Assembly: GCA_000217635.1 (NCBI GenBank)
Contig: CP001817.1
Location: 330,001-362,000, forward strand
Direction: 5' to 3'
Source: Candidatus Saccharimonadota bacterium
Lineage (GTDB): Bacteria; Pseudomonadota; Gammaproteobacteria; Enterobacterales; Enterobacteriaceae
DNA: 32,000 nt
The notes under the pieces are model-generated. The model did not search any database, was not told the origin of the DNA, and worked only from the letters and a program-made list of their open reading frames with translations. The stretch's first letter is position 1, and each line of letters begins with the position of its first letter. Shown here in pieces: positions 1 through 7,436 of this stretch. A program made the position numbers and the translations under genes.

Positions 1-944
1 ATATGATCCTGGGAACTATAAAATGAATAATATTTTTTACAAAATATTTTTTTCATACAAACTTGTAATAATATTTGATGATTTAATAATTTTACAGATG
101 CTAAAACAATACCTGCATTATATATATTTTTCATTTTATCACGATGTTTTATTGACGAACCAACAATAGGTAAAATATCTGACTTACCAATTAAAATTTG
201 AATATCTAGTTTATTAATTTTTTTCTTTTCATAACGAAATAATACTTCTTGTCCATAGTAACAACCTTTATTAAAACAAATAGCATTCCAATAATTTAAA
301 TTTAAAGATTGAGGTAAAAATCTTCCACAAGTTAATATATTCATAAGCGGAAAATTAGATTCAATTTCTAAAGATTTCCATTGTAAATCATTACTAATTA
401 ACATATTTTTTGCTATTGAGTTAAAAAATACATAAGATTTTCTGGTCATACAAATCATTAAAAATCTTTCTGTCGGAAATTCTAATCGTAAAATAATTAC
501 ATCATCATAATAAATAATATTATTACTTTTAGTCGGTAAAGAACTAAAATAGTTTAGTAGTATATTTTTAATTCCAAAACCAGCAAAACCAAATAAAATT
601 ATGTTTTTATTTAAAAAAATATCAACTTTTGAAAAAATAGAATATTTTTTTAATTCATTTATTTGTTTTAATGCAATTTCCGATTGTATAATATATGCAT
701 AATCCTTTTTATATTTTAGTAATAATAATGGACTCCAAACTTTTCCATTATAATTACAGTGTGCACCAACTTGATATGTATTATGATTTACTGTATTTAC
801 ATCTAATGTAAATTGCTGATTTAAATATTGAATACTATCTATTCCTGTAACATTTACAATACACCAATTTTTTAAAAACATAATTGTCGCAGGGAGTTGT
901 TTATTTAAAAATACTGTATTATTATATAAATTTAATAATGTCAT
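1..944 (-). CDS. ygfZ: Folate-binding tRNA-modification protein YgfZ; the 3' end runs off the window start
   Basis: Hand translation of the minus strand from the ATG (plus-strand CAT at 942-944) gives MTLLNLYNNTVFLNKQLPATIMFLKNWCIVNVTGIDSIQYLNQQFTLDVN...ELKKYSIFSKV...FNKGCYYGQEVLFRY...NAGIVLASVKLL... It stays open to base 1. It is collinear with E. coli YgfZ as recalled (ITGADSEKYMQGQ, ELKKYAVFSKV, FKKGCYTGQEMVAR). It is absent from the ORF track because there is no stop inside the window. Confidence 0.85.
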   Translation of the reverse strand, partial: MTLLNLYNNTVFLNKQLPATIMFLKNWCIVNVTGIDSIQYLNQQFTLDVNTVNHNTYQVGAHCNYNGKVWSPLLLLKYKKDYAYIIQSEIALKQINELKKYSIFSKVDIFLNKNIILFGFAGFGIKNILLNYFSSLPTKSNNIIYYDDVIILRLEFPTERFLMICMTRKSYVFFNSIAKNMLISNDLQWKSLEIESNFPLMNILTCGRFLPQSLNLNYWNAICFNKGCYYGQEVLFRYEKKKINKLDIQILIGKSDILPIVGSSIKHRDKMKNIYNAGIVLASVKLLNHQILLQVCMKKIFCKKYYSFYSSQDH

Positions 945-1228
945 AATAAAAACTCTCTTAAATGTTATATACAATAAATTTAATTATATATAATACAATA
1001 TTTTTTTTTCAATAAAAAAATATATTAATAAAATATATATTTGTATCTAATACAATATATATAATATATATGACACACATTAATTATTTATATAATATAT
1101 TATATATAATAGAATAAATTTTTTCATAAAATGAAAATATTTCTAATGAAATTATAAAATAAAATTCTAAGAATCAATAAATAATATTTAAACATAATAC
1201 AATCAATTATAAACATCTGAGAAATATC

Positions 1229-2323
1229 ATGTTAGAATTTTCAATAATAAAAAAAAAGACAAAGCAGCTGAATAATAAAATAAAATATTTAACGAGGACT
1301 CTTGAATACAAAAAAAACAAAAAAGAAATCAAAAAAATTAATAATAAACTGAAATCGCCAGTTATCTGGAGAAATAATAAAACACTTCATTGTTTGCAAA
1401 AGGAAAAAATATTAAATAATTTTATAAAAAAATTAAAATATTTAATAGAAAATATACAAGATATAAAAGTATGGATAGATATCTTATCAAATGATTATGA
1501 TAATCATATCATATCTGAAATTAATATAAAATTTAAAATAATAGAGAAAATTATAAAAAAATTAGAAATCTATCAATTATTCTCGAATCATTATGATCAA
1601 AATAATTGTTATATTGATATTCAATCTGGATCTGGAGGATTAGAAGCTCAAGATTGGGCTAAAATGTTATTACGAATGTATATTAAATGGGCTGATATAA
1701 AAAATTTTTCTGCTGTTGTGATAGAAGAATCGATAGGAGAAATAGCAGGAATTAAATCCGCTACAATTAAAATAAAAGGAAAATATGCATTTGGATGGTG
1801 CCGCACAGAATCAGGTATACATCGATTAGTCCGTAAAAGTCCTTTTGATATGAGTAATAAAAGACATACATCATTTTGCTCAATATTTATTTATCCGGAA
1901 ATAAAAAAAAATAAAGAAATTATTCTTAATGCTTCTGATCTAAGAATTGATGTATACCGAGCATCTGGAGCAGGCGGACAACATGTCAATTGTACTGAAT
2001 CAGCAGTACGAATTACACATGTTCCTACAGGTATATCTACACAATGTCAAAGCAATCGCTCACAACATAAAAATAAAAATATGGCTTTAAAACAATTAAA
2101 GTCTAAACTTTATATATTAGAAAAAAGTAAAATAAATATAGAAAAGAAGAGAAAAAATAAAAATAAATTAGATATTGGATGGGGCAATCAAATTCGTTCA
2201 TATATATTAGATAATTCACTAATTAAAGATCTAAGAACTGGTATAGAGCAACATAATACTAAATCAATATTAGATGGTAATTTAAGTCAATTTATTGAAC
2301 AAAGCTTAAAATTGGGGTTATAA
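1229..2323 (+). CDS. prfB: Peptide chain release factor 2, encoded in a single frame with no programmed +1 frameshift
   Basis: 364-aa ORF carrying the RF2 signatures SPF (RKSPFD) and GGQ (RASGAGGQHVN). It is collinear with E. coli RF2 over its full length. Confidence 0.95.
   Translation: MLEFSIIKKKTKQLNNKIKYLTRTLEYKKNKKEIKKINNKLKSPVIWRNNKTLHCLQKEKILNNFIKKLKYLIENIQDIKVWIDILSNDYDNHIISEINIKFKIIEKIIKKLEIYQLFSNHYDQNNCYIDIQSGSGGLEAQDWAKMLLRMYIKWADIKNFSAVVIEESIGEIAGIKSATIKIKGKYAFGWCRTESGIHRLVRKSPFDMSNKRHTSFCSIFIYPEIKKNKEIILNASDLRIDVYRASGAGGQHVNCTESAVRITHVPTGISTQCQSNRSQHKNKNMALKQLKSKLYILEKSKINIEKKRKNKNKLDIGWGNQIRSYILDNSLIKDLRTGIEQHNTKSILDGNLSQFIEQSLKLGL
1294..1309 (+). other. Vestigial RF2 frameshift cassette: GAGG, 3 nt, then CTT GAA TAC at codon 25
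   Basis: Codons 23-27 read AGG ACT CTT GAA TAC. The E. coli site is AGG GGG TAT CTT TGA C at the same codon 25/26. The window sequence equals that cassette minus one T, so the UGA is gone. Confidence 0.6.
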
Positions 2324-2334
2324 AAATTAATAAT

Positions 2335-3888
2335 ATGCCTAATACAAAAAAATATGCTTTAATTAATAAAAAAAAAATTCTCACAGAAAATAATATAAGA
2401 AAAAAAAAATTAAAAAAATTATGCGATAACGGTTTTAATTTTCCAAATCTTTTTCATTGTAATAACACAGCAAAAAACATACTTTTATTATATAAAAAAT
2501 ATACAAAAAAAGAATTAAAAAAAATCAATGTTCAGATAAAAATCGCAGGACGCATTATAAATAAAAGAGTATTAGGGAAAGCATCTTTTTTTAAGATACA
2601 AGATTATGATTATGAAATTCAAATATATATTCAAAGTAATAATTTTAAAAAAGATTTTTATAAAGATTATATTCTTGAATTAGATTTAGGTGACATCATA
2701 AGTGTTGTAGGAACTGTTTTTAAAACTAATACACAAGAAATATCTATTTTTTGTTATAAAATAGAATTATTAACAAAAATTTTACATCCATTACCTGATA
2801 AATATCACGGTTTACAAGATCAAGAACTAAAATATAGAAAAAGATATTTAGACCTAATCGCTAACAATAAAATTAAAAAAATATTTAAAAGAAGATCAAA
2901 AATATTATCTGTCATTCGTATGTTTATGGAAAAAAAAGATTTTTTAGAAGTCGAAACACCTATGATTCATAGTATTCCAGGAGGAGCTAACGCAAAACCC
3001 TTTATTACATATCATAATACCTTTAATAAAAAAATGTATTTACGAGTAGCACCTGAATTATATTTAAAAAGATTGATTATTGGTGGTTTTAATAAAATAT
3101 TTGAAATTAATAGAAGTTTTCGAAATGAAGGAATTTCGTCTCGTCATAATCCGGAATTTACTATGATGGAAATATATATGGCATATAGTAATTATAAAGA
3201 TATGATGAAACTATTAATTAAATTATTAAAATTTATTACAAAAAAATTTTTAATACATCAAAAATTTATTATAATAATTATAAAATTAATTTTAAAAAAA
3301 ATTAAAACGATGACAATGATTGATGCTATTATATATTTTAATAAAAATATTAAAAAATCTGATTTAAAAAGTATTAATAATATCAAAAAAATAATGAATG
3401 ATTTAAACTTAAAAATACCATTAAATATTTCTTTAGGAGAAATGATTAATATAATTTTTGAAAAAACTACAGAAAAAAAAATAATAGAACCTACATTTAT
3501 TACTAATTATCCAATTGAAGTTTCTCCATTAGCAAAATCAAAATCTACTAAAAATCATATTGCAGAACGATTTGAATTTTTTTTATCAGGATATGAAATA
3601 GCTAATGGTTTTTCTGAATTAAACGATTCTAAAGAACAAAAAAAAAGATTTAAAAAACAAATAATAGAAAAAAACAACAAAAAAACTTCTGATATTAATT
3701 ATGATTACGATAAAGAATATATTTCAGCATTAGAATATGGATTACCACCAACATCAGGACTAGGTATTGGAATTGATCGGTTAATCATGATTTTTACTAA
3801 TCAAAAAAGTATTCGTGATGTGATTTTATTTCCAACGCTACGCTCGTTAAAAAAAACAGAAATAATCAAAATATTTAATATTTTATAG
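2335..3888 (+). CDS. lysS: Lysyl-tRNA synthetase, class II; contains an internal compensated frameshift at 3240-3301
   Basis: 517-aa ORF with conserved blocks LPDKYHGLQDQE, FLEVETPM, FRNEGIS.RHNPEFTMME and GLPPTSGLGIGIDRL. It follows prfB as in the E. coli prfB-lysS operon. Confidence 0.95.
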   Translation: MPNTKKYALINKKKILTENNIRKKKLKKLCDNGFNFPNLFHCNNTAKNILLLYKKYTKKELKKINVQIKIAGRIINKRVLGKASFFKIQDYDYEIQIYIQSNNFKKDFYKDYILELDLGDIISVVGTVFKTNTQEISIFCYKIELLTKILHPLPDKYHGLQDQELKYRKRYLDLIANNKIKKIFKRRSKILSVIRMFMEKKDFLEVETPMIHSIPGGANAKPFITYHNTFNKKMYLRVAPELYLKRLIIGGFNKIFEINRSFRNEGISSRHNPEFTMMEIYMAYSNYKDMMKLLIKLLKFITKKFLIHQKFIIIIIKLILKKIKTMTMIDAIIYFNKNIKKSDLKSINNIKKIMNDLNLKIPLNISLGEMINIIFEKTTEKKIIEPTFITNYPIEVSPLAKSKSTKNHIAERFEFFLSGYEIANGFSELNDSKEQKKRFKKQIIEKNNKKTSDINYDYDKEYISALEYGLPPTSGLGIGIDRLIMIFTNQKSIRDVILFPTLRSLKKTEIIKIFNIL

Positions 3889-3980
3889 AAAAAAATAAAT
3901 AAATATACATTTATTAAAAATAATTAATAAATATAATTAATCGTTAAACATTTTAAATTTTTAAAAATTTAGGAATATAC

Positions 3981-5228
3981 ATGTCAAAAATCAAAAACCT
4001 ACAAAAAGAAATGTTACGATATGAAAATATTACGTATTTAAAAAAAAATATGATACTCCTTTATGGTTATATAATGCTAATATTATTAAAAATCAAATTA
4101 AAAAAATTAAAAAAATTCGATAATATTCGGTTTGCACAAAAATCTTGCTCTAATATAAATATTTTAAAAATTATAAAATCATATGGAGTGAAAGTTGATG
4201 CTGTATCGTTAGGTGAAATCATTAGAGCTCTTACGGCGGGTTTTACATCTAAAAATAATGATCTTGTTTTTACCTCAGATATTTTAGAAGATAAAACACT
4301 TAAAAAAATTATTCAATATCATATTCCTGTAAATATTGGGTCACTTAATATGATAGAAAAAATCGGAAAAATTTCTCCAAAACATCCGGTTTGGCTTAGA
4401 ATTAACCCAAAATTTGGAGATGGTCATCATATTAAAACAAATACTGGAGGAGAAAACAGTAAACATGGAATTTGGGATATTAATAAAGCAATATCAGATC
4501 TTAAATATTATAATTTATCATTAATTGGATTACATATGCATATTGGGTCCGGAATTAATTTAGATAATATAAAAAAAATGTGTGATTCTATGATTCAATG
4601 CGCATTAAATATAAACCAAAAAATACAATTTATATCAGCTGGAGGGGGTTTAAATATACCTTATAAACCACATGAAAAAGAAATTAATTTAGAATTCTAT
4701 TATAATATGTGGAATAAAACACGAAATTTTATCTCATCCCAATTATCATGTCCTATTAAATTAGAAGTTGAACCGGGTCGTTTTATAGTAGCACAATCTG
4801 GAGTATTAATTACTCAAGTATGTGCTGTAAAGCAAATGGGAAATAATTGTTTTATTATTATTAATTCCGGATTTAATGATCTTATACGACCAATGCTATA
4901 CGGCAGTTATCATAAAATTTCTGTTATTCATCAACTTAATAAAATGCCTATTGTACAATCAACTACTGATTATATTATTGCAGGACCATTATGTGAATCA
5001 GGAGACTTGTTTACAACTAATCATGAGGGTTTATTATTAAAAAGAACTTTACCTACAGTTATTCCTGGAGATTATATTATTATTCATGATACCGGAGCAT
5101 ATGGAGCCTCTATGTCGTCAAATTATAATAGCCGACCTTTAATTCCTGAAATTTTATACCAAAACAATAATTTTTATACCATTAGAAAAAGACAAAAAAT
5201 AAAAGATCTAATTCAATTAGAATTATGA
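3981..5228 (+). CDS. lysA: Diaminopimelate decarboxylase; contains an internal compensated frameshift at 4040-4115
   Basis: 415-aa ORF with RFAQKSCSN, GVKVDAVSLGEI, NTGGENSKHGIW, EPGRFIVAQSGVLITQV and DTGAYGASMSSNYNSRPL. It ends in TGA at 5226-5228. Confidence 0.95.
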   Translation: MSKIKNLQKEMLRYENITYLKKNMILLYGYIMLILLKIKLKKLKKFDNIRFAQKSCSNINILKIIKSYGVKVDAVSLGEIIRALTAGFTSKNNDLVFTSDILEDKTLKKIIQYHIPVNIGSLNMIEKIGKISPKHPVWLRINPKFGDGHHIKTNTGGENSKHGIWDINKAISDLKYYNLSLIGLHMHIGSGINLDNIKKMCDSMIQCALNINQKIQFISAGGGLNIPYKPHEKEINLEFYYNMWNKTRNFISSQLSCPIKLEVEPGRFIVAQSGVLITQVCAVKQMGNNCFIIINSGFNDLIRPMLYGSYHKISVIHQLNKMPIVQSTTDYIIAGPLCESGDLFTTNHEGLLLKRTLPTVIPGDYIIIHDTGAYGASMSSNYNSRPLIPEILYQNNNFYTIRKRQKIKDLIQLEL

Positions 5229-5415
5229 TATAAAGAATTATCTTCTAAAATAAAATTTTTAAAAAAACTTAAAAACAATATTTATATTTTTAATATAAAA
5301 AGATTTTAAAAATAATTATTACTTATAAAAATATTCTATTTTTTTTGGATATATGAATAAATATCTTATACATATAAATTTTAAAAATTAAATTATACTT
5401 AATAAAATTAATACT

Positions 5416-6762
5416 ATGACAATTAAAAAAACAAAAAAAATTTATATAAAAACCTGGGGTTGTCAAATGAATCAACATGATTCTGATATCCTAATTAATA
5501 TTTTTAATAAAACTAAAAAATATAAAATTGTTAAAACCCCAGAAAATTCTAACATTTTAATTTTAAATACATGTTCAATTAGAGAAAAGGCACAAGAAAA
5601 ATTATTTCATCAATTAGGAAGATGGAAAAAATTAAAAGATAAAAATTCTAATATTATTATTGCGGTAGGAGGTTGCGTAGCTGCTCAAGAAGGTAAAAAA
5701 ATATATCAAAGAGCAAATTATATAAATATTATTTTTGGACCTAAAACAGTTCATAAGTTACCTGAATTAATAAAAAAAATATCACATAGTAATATCTGTA
5801 TTATTGATATCGATGACTCACCATTAAAAAAATTTAATTCTTTTTGTCCTCAATTTAATTCTGTAAAAAAAGTTTCTTCTTTTGTTACTATAATTGAAGG
5901 CTGTAATAAATTTTGTTCTTTTTGTATTGTACCTTATACAAGAGGGCGAGAAATTAGCAGACCATATGTTGATATTATAAGAGAAATAAAAGAATTATCT
6001 AACCTTGGTGTATGTGAAGTCATTTTATTAGGTCAAAATGTTAATTCATATTATTATAAAAAAAATAATCAATCTCCGTGCTCATTTTCAGATTTATTAC
6101 ATTTAATATCAGATATACCAAAAATTCAAAGAATAAGATATATTACTAGTCATCCTAAAGATTTTAGTGATGATATTATTAATGCATATAAAACTATTCC
6201 TAAACTAATGGATGCATTACATTTACCTGTTCAGTGCGGTTCAAATAAAATTTTAAAATTAATGAAGCGAGGATATACAACGCATGAATACGAAAATATA
6301 ATTAAAAAAATACGTAAAATACGCCCTAATATCAGTATCAGTTCAGATTTTATTGTTGGTTTTCCGGGAGAAACAAAAAAAGATTTTAATAAAACGTTAG
6401 ATTTTATTAAAAAAATTGATTTTGATTCTAGTTATAGTTTTATATACTCTGTACGCCCCGGAACAAGAGCTGCCAAATTAATTGATAATGTGCCATTAAA
6501 AGAAAAAAAAGAAAACCTCTTAAAACTACAAAAAAAATTAATCAACATGCTTTTCAATGGCGCAGAAGAATGTTTGGAACAATACAATCAGTATTGGTTG
6601 AAAAAAATACATAATAAAAATAATCACAAAGTATTAGGAAGAACAAAAAATAACAAAATTGTTTGTCTTCATGGAACTAATGAATTAATTGGGCATGTAG
6701 TTAACGTAAAAATAACAAATATTAATTATCATTCTTTTTTAAGAGGCGAAATTATTCTATAA
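5416..6762 (+). CDS. miaB: tRNA-i6A37 methylthiotransferase MiaB; contains an internal compensated frameshift at 6530-6607
   Basis: 448-aa ORF with KTWGCQMN, NTCSIREKAQEK, the radical-SAM motif CNKFCSFCIVP and SSDFIVGFPGET. Confidence 0.95.
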   Translation: MTIKKTKKIYIKTWGCQMNQHDSDILINIFNKTKKYKIVKTPENSNILILNTCSIREKAQEKLFHQLGRWKKLKDKNSNIIIAVGGCVAAQEGKKIYQRANYINIIFGPKTVHKLPELIKKISHSNICIIDIDDSPLKKFNSFCPQFNSVKKVSSFVTIIEGCNKFCSFCIVPYTRGREISRPYVDIIREIKELSNLGVCEVILLGQNVNSYYYKKNNQSPCSFSDLLHLISDIPKIQRIRYITSHPKDFSDDIINAYKTIPKLMDALHLPVQCGSNKILKLMKRGYTTHEYENIIKKIRKIRPNISISSDFIVGFPGETKKDFNKTLDFIKKIDFDSSYSFIYSVRPGTRAAKLIDNVPLKEKKENLLKLQKKLINMLFNGAEECLEQYNQYWLKKIHNKNNHKVLGRTKNNKIVCLHGTNELIGHVVNVKITNINYHSFLRGEIIL

Positions 6763-6846
6763 AATATAACTTTTAATAATGTTAATAAATTATTAATATA
6801 ACTTGTATTATTTTAACTTTATAATCATAAAAATTTTTATAAAACT

Positions 6847-7300
6847 ATGAAAATAAATATTCAAAAAGCTACGAAAATAAATGAACGAATTCCACATAAA
6901 AAAGATTTTACAAAATGGCTTTATTATATATTTTTTAATAAAAAAATAGAATTAACAATTCGTATTGTAACAATTAATGAAATTATATTATTAAATCATA
7001 CTTATAGAAATAAAAATATACCTACTAATGTATTATCATTTCCGATGAATAATATATATCTAGATAAAAATCATAAAAAATTATATTTAGGAGATATAGC
7101 TATCTGTAGCTCATATCTTAAAAAAGAAGCGTATCAATTTAAAAAAATGTTAAAGAACATTGGGCTCATTTAACTATACATGCGGCATTACATTTAATAA
7201 ATTATACACATAATACCTTAAAAAAACAAAAAAAATGGAAAAAAATAGAAAAAAAATTATGAAAAATTTAGGATATAATAACCCATATCAATGTTATTAA
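6847..7300 (+). pseudogene. ybeY: Endoribonuclease YbeY, split over three frames by two -1 lesions in poly(A) tracts
   Basis: Frame 1 (6847-7173) gives ...PTNVLSFP...LGDIAIC...KKEAYQFKK and then a stop. Frame -1 from 7146 gives NVKEHWAHLTIHAALHLINYTHNTLKKQKK, which holds the H-x3-H-x5-H metal site. A further -1 frame from 7235 gives MEKNRKKIMKNLGYNNPYQCY with a stop at 7298-7300. The junctions are at A7 7141-7147 and at A7/A8 7220-7235. Confidence 0.85.
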
Positions 7301-7436
7301 AGAACAATAAAAAAAATTTATAAAAATATTGTATATATTTTAAATATATAACATAAAAAAGTTTTGAAAATATAAATATCTTTTTATAAAAAGTTAATAT
7401 CAACAATCAAAAATCTAATTAATACGGTAATATATT

